A stretch of 59,246 nucleotides of DNA from a virus (Duplodnaviria > Caudoviricetes). The position numbers were made by a program, and so were the translations under genes. Below, one piece after another: positions 1 through 9,644 of this stretch. The notes beneath the pieces were generated by a model. That model searched no databases. It was not told the origin of the DNA and saw only the letters and a list, made by a program, of their open reading frames with translations. The stretch spans positions 1-59,246 of the IMG/VR virus record IMGVR_UViG_3300029309_000034, one strand, 5' to 3'. Position 1 is the first letter of the stretch; the number at the start of each line of letters is the position of its first letter.

Positions 1-99
1 AATTACAATATTATGTTATTAGATGCTGTTAAACAAAGACTTGAGTTTCCAGAACTCAAAGAGTTATGCATTGAAGAATATAAATCTTGGGAACCAGAT
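1..99. repeat. 99-bp terminal overlap, identical to 59148-59246 (circular assembly)
   Basis: Exact identity with the last 99 bases; the TerL frame continues across the join. Confidence 0.97.
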
Positions 100-456
100 G
101 CGTTTGTAGTAGAGAAAAAATCAAATGGTGCTGCACTTTATCAAGAGTTTAGACGTATGGGCATACCTGTAGGAGAGTTTACACCAGGCAAAGGACAGGA
201 TAAAATTAGTCGTGTGAACGCTGTATCTGACTTATTTAGGTCAGGTATAGTATGGGCACCAGATAGAAGATGGGCACATGAAGTGATAGAAGAGTGTAAC
301 GATTTTCCATCAGGTGCGAATGATGACCTAGTAGATGCGACAACGCTTGCCTTAATGAGATTTAGGCAGGGCGGATTTATTAGGTTGCCTAGTGACGAAG
401 AAGATGACATTCCTGGTTACAGAAGGTACAATCAAAAACGTCATTATGTTATTTAA
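1..456 (+). CDS. terL: Terminase large subunit, C-terminal nuclease part (gene starts at 58080; about 507 aa in total)
   Basis: In frame with the ORF from 58080; RNase H-like terminase motifs VVEKKSNG and FPSGANDDLVDA. Confidence 0.93.
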   Translation, partial: NYNIMLLDAVKQRLEFPELKELCIEEYKSWEPDAFVVEKKSNGAALYQEFRRMGIPVGEFTPGKGQDKISRVNAVSDLFRSGIVWAPDRRWAHEVIEECNDFPSGANDDLVDATTLALMRFRQGGFIRLPSDEEDDIPGYRRYNQKRHYVI

Positions 457-470
457 CAACGGGGATAATT

Positions 471-584
471 ATGTTATACCAATTTATAAGAGATAAAATT
501 AAGTGGCTGAAAAAAACACACGCTAAATATAATTTAATAATAAACATAGTGCTGTTAGTGCTAGTAATCATTTGCTTACTATAG
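471..584 (+). CDS. 37-aa membrane peptide (not in ORF track)
   Basis: GGGGA RBS; MLYQFIRDKIKWLKKTHAKYNLIINIVLLVLVIICLL with a C-terminal hydrophobic helix; fills the TerL-portal gap. Confidence 0.55.
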   Translation: MLYQFIRDKIKWLKKTHAKYNLIINIVLLVLVIICLL

Positions 585-593
585 GAAAAAATC

Positions 594-3050
594 ATGGCTG
601 ATGACAATAATGTCGACAAGGGTTTATATCAAGCTCCTAAAAGTATGGAAGAAATGGCTCAAGGTGAGCCTGATTTAGAAATAGAAATTGTAGACCCAGA
701 AGAAGTTAACATTAGTGTTGACGGCATGGAGATTAACATTGACCCTGACCGCATGGACGATGATGAGTTTTCTGCAAACTTAGCAGAAGAGATGGATGAT
801 GACGTACTTGAGGCTTTGGCTAGTGATTTGATTGACGACTATACGGGAGATGTCAATTCAAGAAAAGACTGGCTAGACACTTATGTTGATGGACTAGACC
901 TTTTAGGTTTAAAGTTGGAGGACAGAAGTGAGCCATGGGAAGGAGCTTGTAATGTTTATCATCCATTACTCACCGAAACACTTGTTAAGTTTCAAGCAGA
1001 AACTATGACTGAAACATTCCCTGCAGCGGGACCTGTCAAAACAACTATCATTGGTAAAGAAACAAAAGAATGTATAGACGCTGCTAATCGTGTAAGAGAA
1101 AACATGAACTATCAGCTAACTGAAAAGATGACTGAATATAGACCAGAACACGAAAGAATGTTATGGGGTTTAGGTCTTGCAGGTAACGCCTTTAAAAAAG
1201 TTTATTATGACCCTAATCTAGAACGTCAAGTATCTATGTACGTTCCAGCTGAAGATATAGTTGTACCGTACGGTGCTTCAGATTTAGAAAGTGCAGAAAG
1301 AGTTACTCATGTCATGCGTAAAACAGGAAATGATTTACGTAAATTACAGGTTGCAGGATTTTATCGAGATATAGACTTAGGTGAACCCACCTACGATTTA
1401 GATGATGTAGAGAAAAAGATAGCTGAGAAGATGGGTTTTAGTGCAACTACTGATAGTAGATTTAAAATATTAGAAATGCATGTAGACCTTAATTTAGAAG
1501 GATATGAAGATAAAGATAAAAATGGCGAAGAGACAGGTATAGCTTTGCCTTATGTGGTAACTATAGAAAAGTCAACTAACACAGTTTTATCTATTAGAAG
1601 AAATTATGACCAAGATGACAACACAAAACAAAAACGACAGCATTTTGTGCATTATGGTTATGTTCCTGGTTTTGGTTTCTACCACTTTGGTTTAATACAT
1701 TTAATAGGAGCGTTTGCTAAATCAGGCACCATGATACTAAGACAGTTAGTGGACGCAGGTACATTATCTAATTTACCAGGCGGATTTAAGTCTAGAGGGC
1801 TTAGAATCAAAGGCGATGATACTCCCATCTCTCCAGCAGAGTTTAGAGATGTAGATGTACCATCAGGTAGCATCAGAGATAATATACTACCACTTCCTTA
1901 CAAAGAGCCAAGTCAAGTTCTTAATCAGTTGATGAATCAAATTATTAATGAAGGTAGAAGATTTGCTAGTGCAGCTGATTTGAAAGTATCTGATATGTCA
2001 GCACAAGCTCCTGTTGGAACAACCCTTGCTATTTTAGAAAGAACATTAAAAGTAATGTCTGCGGTGCAAAGCCGTATTCATTATGCAATGAAACAAGAGT
2101 TTAAATTACTTAAAGGTATTATTAGAGATTTCACTCCGCCAGATTATAAATACGAACCAGACACAGGTTCTAGAATGGCAAAACGTGATGACTATGATAA
2201 AGTAGAAGTAATACCTGTAAGTGACCCAAATGCTGCAACGATGTCACAAAAAGTAGTTCAGTATCAAGCAGTGATGCAATTAGCACAACAGAATCCAGAT
2301 TTATATGACATGGTAGAACTTAATCGTCAGATGCTAGATGTATTAGGAGTTAAAAACGCTAACAAGTTAATACCCGACAAGGATGATATAAAAGCGTTAG
2401 ACCCTGTTTCAGAAAACATGAACATTATTAATGGTAAACCTGTAAAAGCATTTGCTCATCAAGACCATGAAGCACACATCAAAGCTCATTTAGCATTTAT
2501 AAATGACCCTATAATTAGGGAGATGATAGGACAAAGTCCAAATGCTAATAAAATATTTGCAGCTATGGAAGCACATATTGCAGAGCATATTGCGTTTGCT
2601 TACAGAAACAAGATTGAAGAAGAGCTTGGAGCTCCTCTACCTCCACCAGGTGAAGTGCTACCTGATGATGTGGAGATTGAACTATCAAGACTTATTGCTA
2701 AATCAGCTGACCAACTACTACAGAAAAATACAGCTGAAACTAAACAAAAAGAAATTGTTAAGCAACAGCAAGACCCATTGATACAAATGCAACAACAAGA
2801 GCTTCAAATTAAACAAATGGAAGCTCAAGCAAAAGCTAAGAAAATGTCAGATGACGCTACGCTTGATGTGGCAAAACTTCAGCTAGAAAAAGATAGACTA
2901 GAGTCGCAAGAAAGAATCGCTGGTGCTAAACTTGGTGCTGACGCAGTCAATCGACAGAAAGAGCTGGATGCAAAAGAATTTATGGAAGGCACTAAGTTAG
3001 GTGCTGAGGCCGTAAAACAACAGCAGGAACGTAATAATACGCAAACTTAA
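594..3050 (+). CDS. Portal protein
   Basis: 818 aa directly after TerL; PWEGAC..HPLL and GFYHFGLIHLIG motifs; long Gln-rich coiled-coil tail typical of P22-like portals. Confidence 0.9.
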   Translation: MADDNNVDKGLYQAPKSMEEMAQGEPDLEIEIVDPEEVNISVDGMEINIDPDRMDDDEFSANLAEEMDDDVLEALASDLIDDYTGDVNSRKDWLDTYVDGLDLLGLKLEDRSEPWEGACNVYHPLLTETLVKFQAETMTETFPAAGPVKTTIIGKETKECIDAANRVRENMNYQLTEKMTEYRPEHERMLWGLGLAGNAFKKVYYDPNLERQVSMYVPAEDIVVPYGASDLESAERVTHVMRKTGNDLRKLQVAGFYRDIDLGEPTYDLDDVEKKIAEKMGFSATTDSRFKILEMHVDLNLEGYEDKDKNGEETGIALPYVVTIEKSTNTVLSIRRNYDQDDNTKQKRQHFVHYGYVPGFGFYHFGLIHLIGAFAKSGTMILRQLVDAGTLSNLPGGFKSRGLRIKGDDTPISPAEFRDVDVPSGSIRDNILPLPYKEPSQVLNQLMNQIINEGRRFASAADLKVSDMSAQAPVGTTLAILERTLKVMSAVQSRIHYAMKQEFKLLKGIIRDFTPPDYKYEPDTGSRMAKRDDYDKVEVIPVSDPNAATMSQKVVQYQAVMQLAQQNPDLYDMVELNRQMLDVLGVKNANKLIPDKDDIKALDPVSENMNIINGKPVKAFAHQDHEAHIKAHLAFINDPIIREMIGQSPNANKIFAAMEAHIAEHIAFAYRNKIEEELGAPLPPPGEVLPDDVEIELSRLIAKSADQLLQKNTAETKQKEIVKQQQDPLIQMQQQELQIKQMEAQAKAKKMSDDATLDVAKLQLEKDRLESQERIAGAKLGADAVNRQKELDAKEFMEGTKLGAEAVKQQQERNNTQT

Positions 3051-3065
3051 AAACAGGAGAGAGAA

Positions 3066-3254
3066 ATGGACGAGCTAATGACCCTTGCTAAACAATTAGG
3101 TGAGGAAGAGCAACGCATAAAAGATGATATGGCACAAGGTAGAGCTGAAGAATACGCACAATACATGCACGCATGTGGTATTATTCGAGGCTTTCAAATT
3201 GCTCAAGGCCATGTGGCTTCCTTGATAAGAAACAGGGAGGAAGATGATGAGTGA
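3066..3254 (+). CDS. Small helical head-module protein
   Basis: AGGAG RBS; lies between portal and GroES. Confidence 0.75.
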   Translation: MDELMTLAKQLGEEEQRIKDDMAQGRAEEYAQYMHACGIIRGFQIAQGHVASLIRNREEDDE

Positions 3255-3669
3255 TATACAAACCCCAAATAAAGAAATAGTATCTGCATCTGGTGCACCG
3301 ATGAATACTGCTAAATCAGAGGTAGATGAAACTAAACCCACACAATTACCTGACGTTCAAGGCTACCGCATATTATGTGCTGTGCCTGAAGTAGAGGAGA
3401 CATATGAGAGCGGGTTAATTAAATCTGATAAAACTAAAAATATTGAAGAGCATTCAACTGTAGTTTTATTTGTGCTGAAGTTAGGAGATATGGCTTATAA
3501 AGATAAAGAGCGATTTCCTACTGGTCCTTGGTGTAAAGAAGGAGACTTTGTTATAACAAGGGCATATTCTGGAACTCGAATCAAAATTCATGGAAGAGAG
3601 TTTCGCATTATTAATGACGACACAGTAGAAGCCGTAGTGGACGACCCACGAGGCTACGAACGTGCATAA
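3244..3669 (+). CDS. groES: GroES/Cpn10-like co-chaperonin
   Basis: P..GYRIL, ETYESGLI mobile loop, KEGDFVI..YSGT.IKI.G.EFRIINDD.V.AVV pattern of Cpn10. Confidence 0.85.
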   Translation: MMSDIQTPNKEIVSASGAPMNTAKSEVDETKPTQLPDVQGYRILCAVPEVEETYESGLIKSDKTKNIEEHSTVVLFVLKLGDMAYKDKERFPTGPWCKEGDFVITRAYSGTRIKIHGREFRIINDDTVEAVVDDPRGYERA

Positions 3670-3683
3670 ATGGAGAAGTAGAT

Positions 3684-4733
3684 ATGGCAAACATAATCAA
3701 TGAGATTCCTAATGAATTACAAACGGAAGAACAAGAAGTTGAGCTAAAAGAGAGCAAAGCTGAAAAAGTTGCTTCTGAGGAGAGGACAGGTGAGGTAGAA
3801 GTGGCTAAAAAAGAAGCCGAACCTGTGCAAGGAGAGTTAGATTTTGATATTGAGATAGAGGATGATACTCCTAAAGCTGATAGAAACAGAGAACCTTTAC
3901 CTGAGAATGTAAAAGAAGAGCTTGAAGCTGATAATTTAGAAGAATATTCTGAAAGAGTAAAAAACAGAATGGCTCAACTTAAAAAAGCTTGGCATGACGA
4001 GAGGCGAGAAAAAGAAGCATCTGAAAGAAGAAGAACAGAGGCAGAAAGAATCGCTGCTATGCAAATGGAAGAAAACAAAAAACTTAAACAAACACTTTCA
4101 ACAGGCGAAGAAGATTATCTTAAAACTCTTGAAGCAAGATATGAAAGTGATTTAGCCATGGCTCAAAGAGAATATAAAGAGGCTTATGACCTTGGAGACA
4201 GTGAAAAGTTAGTAGCAGCTCAAACAAAAATGAACGAAGCTCAATATAAACTGGGACAAGCTCAAGATAGAAAACCACAATATAGCAAAGAAACTTTACA
4301 AACTGAAGAAAATGCGATATTGTCAGGGCAAGAAACAGTTAAACCGCAAGTTCCACAACCAGATGCTAAAGCTCTTGCGTGGCAAGACAAAAACAAATGG
4401 TTTGGACAGGACGATGAGATGACTTCATTAGCGTTAGGACTGCATGAAAAATTAGTCAAAAGTGGGGTAGACCCATCTTCTGACCAATATTATCGTAGTA
4501 TTGATAGTACTATGCAAAAACGATTCCCTGAATATTTTGGGGAGACTGATTCGTTGGAAGAGGCACAACCCGCCCAACGCAAACCTTCAACTGTAGTTGC
4601 TCCAGCAACAAGGTCAACTGGTCCTAAAAAGGTTAGATTGACTAAAACACAGTTAGCTTTAGCAAAGAAATTCAAGCTAACCCCAGAGCAATATGCACGT
4701 GAATTAATTAAAACGGAGACCAAAAATGGATAA
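3684..4733 (+). CDS. Capsid scaffolding protein (putative)
   Basis: Acidic N-terminus, long coiled coil, short basic C-terminal helix; upstream of the capsid genes. Confidence 0.7.
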   Translation: MANIINEIPNELQTEEQEVELKESKAEKVASEERTGEVEVAKKEAEPVQGELDFDIEIEDDTPKADRNREPLPENVKEELEADNLEEYSERVKNRMAQLKKAWHDERREKEASERRRTEAERIAAMQMEENKKLKQTLSTGEEDYLKTLEARYESDLAMAQREYKEAYDLGDSEKLVAAQTKMNEAQYKLGQAQDRKPQYSKETLQTEENAILSGQETVKPQVPQPDAKALAWQDKNKWFGQDDEMTSLALGLHEKLVKSGVDPSSDQYYRSIDSTMQKRFPEYFGETDSLEEAQPAQRKPSTVVAPATRSTGPKKVRLTKTQLALAKKFKLTPEQYARELIKTETKNG

Positions 4734-5181
4734 AGCTAAAAATCGTAAGAGTAGAGAAGCAGTAACTCGTGAAGAAACTGAAGTTCGAAATAAACAGTGG
4801 GAACCTCGTTCTACGTTACCAGAAGTCAAGCATGAAGCTGGCTGGGCGTATCGTTGGATTAGAGTTTCACTAGCGAATGAAGCGGATAACATGAATGTGT
4901 CTTCCCGTATGCGTGAAGGCTGGGAGCCTGTGAAACATTCAGACCACCCAGAAGTAAATTTACCGACAAACCCTAACTCAAGATTCAAAGACGGTATTGA
5001 AGTTGGTGGATTGTTATTATGTAAGATGCCACAGGAAATGGTAGACCAGAGGAATGAATACTTTAAGGAGAAAGCTAGAGCTCAGGAACAGGCTGTAGAC
5101 AACAGTTTAATGAGACAGAATGACCCTAGAATGCCGTTATTCTCTGAGAAAAAATCTACCACATCTAAAGGCAGAAAATAG
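4726..5181 (+). CDS. Head-module protein of unknown function
   Basis: GGAG RBS, overlaps scaffold stop; YRWIR and REGWEPV motifs. Confidence 0.75.
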   Translation: MDKAKNRKSREAVTREETEVRNKQWEPRSTLPEVKHEAGWAYRWIRVSLANEADNMNVSSRMREGWEPVKHSDHPEVNLPTNPNSRFKDGIEVGGLLLCKMPQEMVDQRNEYFKEKARAQEQAVDNSLMRQNDPRMPLFSEKKSTTSKGRK

Positions 5182-5199
5182 TAGATAGGAGATAATATT

Positions 5200-5805
5200 A
5201 TGGCAAGCACAGCCGCACCTTATGGGTTTAGACCCGTAAATTTGATTGGTGGACAGCCTTATGCTGGTTCTACTCGTCAAATTAAAATTGCGTCTGGGTA
5301 TAATACTAACATTTTCAATGGGTCAATCGTTTCTATTGTAGGGGCAGGCACTATTGAAATAGTTACTACAAATGGTGATAACTCTACTGGTTTTCCAGCA
5401 GGAACTATCGGTGTGTTTGTAGGATGTACATATACAGACCCAAATACAAATCAACTAACCTTTAGTCAGCATTTTCCAGCTAATACAGCTGCGTCTGATG
5501 CGAAGGCTTATGTTGTAGATGACCCTGATGTAGTGTTCCAAGTTCAAGCAGATGCTACAGTTGCTCAAACAGCGTTAGGTTCTAATGCTCACTTAGCAGC
5601 CGTTCAGTCTTCTTCGACTGGTTCTACCACAACAGGTAATTCAACCACAGCACTAGATGCAACAGTTAACACTACTGCTGGATTTGCGTTTAGAATTGTC
5701 GACTTTGTCGATGGTCCTAAATCTTCCGTAGGAGATGCTTTTACTGATGTGCTAGTTAAGTTTAACCCTGATAGCCACAGCTATCTAAATAAGACTGGTA
5801 TTTAA
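5200..5805 (+). CDS. Capsid decoration/cement-like protein (putative)
   Basis: Beta-rich G/T/A composition; immediately upstream of the major capsid gene. Confidence 0.55.
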   Translation: MASTAAPYGFRPVNLIGGQPYAGSTRQIKIASGYNTNIFNGSIVSIVGAGTIEIVTTNGDNSTGFPAGTIGVFVGCTYTDPNTNQLTFSQHFPANTAASDAKAYVVDDPDVVFQVQADATVAQTALGSNAHLAAVQSSSTGSTTTGNSTTALDATVNTTAGFAFRIVDFVDGPKSSVGDAFTDVLVKFNPDSHSYLNKTGI

Positions 5806-5817
5806 GGAGAATAAATC

Positions 5818-6726
5818 ATGGCAATTTCAAGAGCTCAGTTATTAAAAGAGTTGCTCCCAGGCCTTAATGCTTTATTCGGAATGGAATACGAGCGTTATGG
5901 GGAAGAGCATAAGGAATTCTACGAAACTGAAACATCAGAACGTAGTTTTGAAGAAGAAACAAAACTAGCTGGTTTTGCTGGAGCCCCTGTGAAAGCAGAA
6001 GGTGCCGCAATCGCTTATGACAATGCTCAAGAAGCGTTTACAGCTAGATATAACCACGAAACCATAGCTTTAGGTTTCTCACTAACAGAGGAAGCTGTAG
6101 AGGATAACCTTTACGACACTTTATCTGCGAGATACACAAAAGCTTTAGCACGTTCAATGGCTAACACAAAACAAGTGAAAGCTGCTAACGTATTAAACAA
6201 TGGTTTTCCAGGTGGTCCTACAGGTGGTGATGGTAAAACATTATTCGCTACAGACCATCCATTAGTGTCAGGTGGCACAAACAACAATTCACAAACAACA
6301 GCTGCTGACTTAAATGAGTCATCATTAGAGAACGCAGTTATTCAAATTAGTCAGTGGACTGATGAGAGAGGTTTGTTGATTGCTGCTAAACCACGTAAAC
6401 TAATCATCCCACCAGCGTTACAATTCGTTGCGACACGTCTATTAGACACTGAGCTAAGAACAGGCACAGCTGATAATGACCTCAACGCATTGAAAAATAA
6501 CGGTGCAATTCCTGAAGGATATGCAATTAATCATTACTTAACAGATACTGATGCATACTTCTTAACAACAGATGTACCAAATGGTATGAAATACTTTGTA
6601 AGAACACCATTAACTACATCTATGGACGGTGACTTCGACACAGGTAATGTTAGATACAAAGCCCGTGAAAGATATTCATTCGGATTTTCCGACCCATTAG
6701 GAATGTGGGGCTCACAAGGTGCTTAA
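5818..6726 (+). CDS. Major capsid protein (Mu gpT-like, HK97 fold)
   Basis: MAISRAQLLKELLPGLNALFG start, TEEAVEDNLY, PRKLIIPPAL, KARERYSFG; strong AAGGAG RBS; followed by a terminator. Confidence 0.9.
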   Translation: MAISRAQLLKELLPGLNALFGMEYERYGEEHKEFYETETSERSFEEETKLAGFAGAPVKAEGAAIAYDNAQEAFTARYNHETIALGFSLTEEAVEDNLYDTLSARYTKALARSMANTKQVKAANVLNNGFPGGPTGGDGKTLFATDHPLVSGGTNNNSQTTAADLNESSLENAVIQISQWTDERGLLIAAKPRKLIIPPALQFVATRLLDTELRTGTADNDLNALKNNGAIPEGYAINHYLTDTDAYFLTTDVPNGMKYFVRTPLTTSMDGDFDTGNVRYKARERYSFGFSDPLGMWGSQGA

Positions 6727-6740
6727 TAGGCACACTTGAG

Positions 6741-6810
6741 GGTGTTTAGTTTTTCATAGTTCTAAACACCATTCGAAAGCCCAACATATCTCTCGTTGGG
6801 CTTTCTTTTT
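6741..6810 (+). terminator. Tandem hairpins ending in an intrinsic terminator after the capsid gene
   Basis: GGTGTTTAG/CTAAACACC (6741-6770), then GAAAGCCCAAC/GTTGGGCTTTC (6775-6805) plus TTTTT. Confidence 0.85.
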
Positions 6811-6847
6811 GCTTTTAATTATTTTTAGAAAGAGTATACTTTATACA

Positions 6848-6923
6848 TCGGGAAACATAGAACTTATCTAACTGCCCCCGAACAGACGCATACACGATAG
6901 ATAAGTTTTAACTTTGTATGGAG
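6848..6923 (+). ncRNA. Structured RNA with two pseudoknots, candidate Mu-gpT-DE-like motif
   Basis: 10-bp stem 6861-6870/6898-6907; TCGGG 6848-6852 with CCCGA 6877-6881; CATACA 6889-6894 with TGTATG 6915-6920; downstream of a gpT-like capsid gene; TATACT at 6835-6840. Confidence 0.6.
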
Positions 6924-6930
6924 ATATAAG

Positions 6931-7470
6931 ATGGCTACATCAACTTTTTCGGGTCCAGTAGTATCCAAAAATGGATTTATTAACACAGGACCAGGTAATG
7001 TCGTAGATGCTGATTCAAGCATATCTTTAACAGTCGCTGCACATGCAGGTAAAATTATTCATAATGATGCCGCTGGAGCAGTAACTTACACATTACCAGC
7101 ATTAAATGCAACCGCAGATGGAGCAAGTTCAGGACCAGGTTCTGACCTTGACAATCTAAATAATATTGGTTCCACTTTTACAATAGTTAGCTCAATAACA
7201 AAAACTGGAGACTTAGTGGTTCAAGTTGCAAACGCAAATGACGTTATGACTGGTTCAGCGACAATCGTTGACACAGATACAAATGATAACATGGAAGGAT
7301 TTGTAACAGCAGCTGCATCAGATACTATTACATTAGATGGAAGCACAACAGGTGGTGTAACACACGCTACAATCACATGTACAGCTATTAGTTCAACTAA
7401 ATGGAGTGTTTCAGTTATCACAGGTGGTACTGGAAACTTAGCTACACCTTTTAGTGCAGCAGTTAGTTAA
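6931..7470 (+). CDS. Virion structural protein (head fibre/decoration-like)
   Basis: MATSTFSGPV start, beta-rich T/S/A/G composition, GGAG RBS. Confidence 0.7.
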   Translation: MATSTFSGPVVSKNGFINTGPGNVVDADSSISLTVAAHAGKIIHNDAAGAVTYTLPALNATADGASSGPGSDLDNLNNIGSTFTIVSSITKTGDLVVQVANANDVMTGSATIVDTDTNDNMEGFVTAAASDTITLDGSTTGGVTHATITCTAISSTKWSVSVITGGTGNLATPFSAAVS

Positions 7471-7482
7471 TAGGAGAAAAAT

Positions 7483-8088
7483 ATGAGCAGTAATGGAGAA
7501 ATATGGGCAGTAACCCCTTCCACAAGTGCTACATACTATAGAGCTGCAGCATCTATATCAGGTGCTGGGGCTCTGACTCTACTCACAGATGACGCAGGTC
7601 CCAACGGGGTCGGTTATAAAGTTAGATTTACTTCAGCAGGAGATGACAGCGGAGATACTTTCACTATTGTCGGAATCACTGTGGCTGATGTAATTACAGG
7701 AAACTCAACTACAGAAGTCGTTACGGGTGCTGATACTGGAACAGCTGATTCTACTAATTTTTTTGCTAAAATTACAAGTATTACAGCTTCAGGTGGTTCA
7801 GCAGGAAACGTAAGCATAGGAACCACTGGGTCCATAGCGTTACCTAGAACTAGACTGAAAGGGTTTTATTATCTAGCTAGTGGTAGTGGAGGTAGTATTA
7901 AATTAAATTTAAATAGTACTTCAGGTACAGAATTGTTAAATATAGCGACACCAGCAAGTGCTACTGGCACGCAGGATATGTTCCTTCCTGGTCAAGGTAT
8001 ATTGACAACGTCTACTGGTAGTAGTGTTAGAGATTTTTCTATAGTTACTATAACTAATGTAACTAACACAGTTTTATTCTGTGGATAG
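7483..8088 (+). CDS. Virion structural protein
   Basis: AGGAG RBS; beta-rich T/S/G composition. Confidence 0.7.
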   Translation: MSSNGEIWAVTPSTSATYYRAAASISGAGALTLLTDDAGPNGVGYKVRFTSAGDDSGDTFTIVGITVADVITGNSTTEVVTGADTGTADSTNFFAKITSITASGGSAGNVSIGTTGSIALPRTRLKGFYYLASGSGGSIKLNLNSTSGTELLNIATPASATGTQDMFLPGQGILTTSTGSSVRDFSIVTITNVTNTVLFCG

Positions 8089-8094
8089 CTAAAT

Positions 8095-8388
8095 ATGGCT
8101 ACTAGAAAAAAAGGAATGGGAATAAAGACTTCGGTTAAGTCTGGTAATTTTAGAAAGACTAAAGCTGGAGCAGGGATGACAAAGAAAGGTGTAGCAGCCT
8201 ATCGAAGAGCCAACCCTGGTAGTAAATTACAAACAGCAGTAACTGGAAAGGTTAAAAAAGGTTCTAAAGCTGCTAAGAGACGTAAATCATTTTGTGCACG
8301 TAGTGCAGGGCAAATGAAGAAGTTTCCAAAGGCGGCTAAGAATCCCAACTCAAGGTTACGTCAAGCTCGTAAGAGATGGAAATGTTAA
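8095..8388 (+). CDS. Small K/R-rich protein (RRKSFCAR...RWKC family)
   Basis: No acidic residues in 97 aa; motif recurrent in aquatic phages (recall). Confidence 0.75.
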   Translation: MATRKKGMGIKTSVKSGNFRKTKAGAGMTKKGVAAYRRANPGSKLQTAVTGKVKKGSKAAKRRKSFCARSAGQMKKFPKAAKNPNSRLRQARKRWKC

Positions 8389-8389
8389 C

Positions 8390-8617
8390 ATGGAAGACAA
8401 AGTGCAACAGACTATAGCAGTACATTCGGCAGAAATAGACCATATGAAAAAGGATATAGACCATATCATTGTCAAAGTCGATAAAATGGATAAGTCTGTT
8501 GATGATATCAAAGAAACTCTTGCAGAAATTAGAGGTGGCAAAGCCGTTGCAATATGGTTCTTTGGTATATTTGGAGTGATTTTAGGGTCACTTGTAACTT
8601 GGTGGATAGGTAAATAA
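8390..8617 (+). CDS. Coiled-coil protein with C-terminal transmembrane helix (XhlA/holin-like)
   Basis: Heptad region followed by AVAIWFFGIFGVILGSLVTWWI. Confidence 0.65.
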   Translation: MEDKVQQTIAVHSAEIDHMKKDIDHIIVKVDKMDKSVDDIKETLAEIRGGKAVAIWFFGIFGVILGSLVTWWIGK

Positions 8618-8632
8618 CCTAGGAGATTTAAA

Positions 8633-9163
8633 ATGAAATACGGTAAAAAGAAAAAAATGAAAGATGGTGGTATGGCTAAAAAAGTACACGATGCTACTGT
8701 GAAGGCTATGAAAGATATGGATGCAAATTTTATGAGTAAATCCCCAAAAAATTTCCAAAAAGATTATGAGTCTTTAAGAAAAAAAATAGAGGAAAGTATG
8801 AAGACAGGAAAATCAGGTATGAAAGATGGTGGTATGGCTAAGAAAAAGATGGCCATGGGTGGTAAACTGAAACCTGTAGATAAAAAGAAAAATCCAGGTC
8901 TAGCTAAATTACCAACAGAAGTTCGTAATAGAATGGGCTTTATGAAGAAAGGTGGTGATGTTAAAAAAGCTGGTCAAAAAGCTGGAGAACTAGGTGCTGC
9001 TATTGCGAAAGTCAAAAAGAAACAAGGTATGAAAAAAGGCGGTATGGCTAAAAAGAAAATGATGGGTGGCGGTATGGCTATGAAATATAAACACGGAGGC
9101 AAGACTGGTAAATGTCCTCGTGATGGTATCGCTATGCGTGGTAAAACAAGAGCGGGGCGTTAA
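8633..9163 (+). CDS. K/M/G-rich basic protein with repeated MKxGG motifs and C-terminal RDGIAMRGKTRAGR tag
   Basis: AGGAG RBS; MKDGG x2, MAMGG, MKKGG x2, MMGGG, YKHGG. Confidence 0.8.
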   Translation: MKYGKKKKMKDGGMAKKVHDATVKAMKDMDANFMSKSPKNFQKDYESLRKKIEESMKTGKSGMKDGGMAKKKMAMGGKLKPVDKKKNPGLAKLPTEVRNRMGFMKKGGDVKKAGQKAGELGAAIAKVKKKQGMKKGGMAKKKMMGGGMAMKYKHGGKTGKCPRDGIAMRGKTRAGR

Positions 9164-9165
9164 TT

Positions 9166-9360
9166 ATGATGAAATCTAGAGGTATGAGTAGGATAATGAA
9201 GCCTATACGCATGAAAAAAGGTGGTAGCACTAAAGATGCTTGTTACCACAAAGTAAAAGCTAGATATAGAGTTTTTCCTAGTGCGTATGCTTCAGGTGCC
9301 ATAGCTAAATGCCGTAAAGTTGGTGCTGCTAACTACGGTAAAGGTGGGAAGAAAAAATAG
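9166..9360 (+). CDS. Small basic protein (KDACY..PSAYASG family)
   Basis: Tight operon packing; contains MKKGG. Confidence 0.75.
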   Translation: MMKSRGMSRIMKPIRMKKGGSTKDACYHKVKARYRVFPSAYASGAIAKCRKVGAANYGKGGKKK

Positions 9361-9644
9361 TGGCTGTCCGTAAGACTAAAAAAGGTCTTGCTTTAAAAAG
9401 ATGGTTTAAGGAAGACTGGAAAGACGTAAGAACAGGCAAAGCCTGTGGTCGTCAAAAAGGTGAGAAACGTGGTACACCTTATTGCAGACCTAGTAAACGA
9501 GTGTCAAGTAAAACTCCTAAGACATCAGGAGAAATGACGGCAGCTCAAAAGAGGAAGCGTATTGCTCAAAAGAAAAGACTTGGGCAACCAGCTGGAAAAC
9601 CACGTAGAGTACAGGCAGTTAAAAGGAAGAAGAGGAAAACATAA
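9360..9644 (+). CDS. Small basic protein (KRWFKEDW..PYCRPSKR family)
   Basis: GTG start overlapping upstream TAG; highly basic. Confidence 0.75.
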   Translation: MAVRKTKKGLALKRWFKEDWKDVRTGKACGRQKGEKRGTPYCRPSKRVSSKTPKTSGEMTAAQKRKRIAQKKRLGQPAGKPRRVQAVKRKKRKT

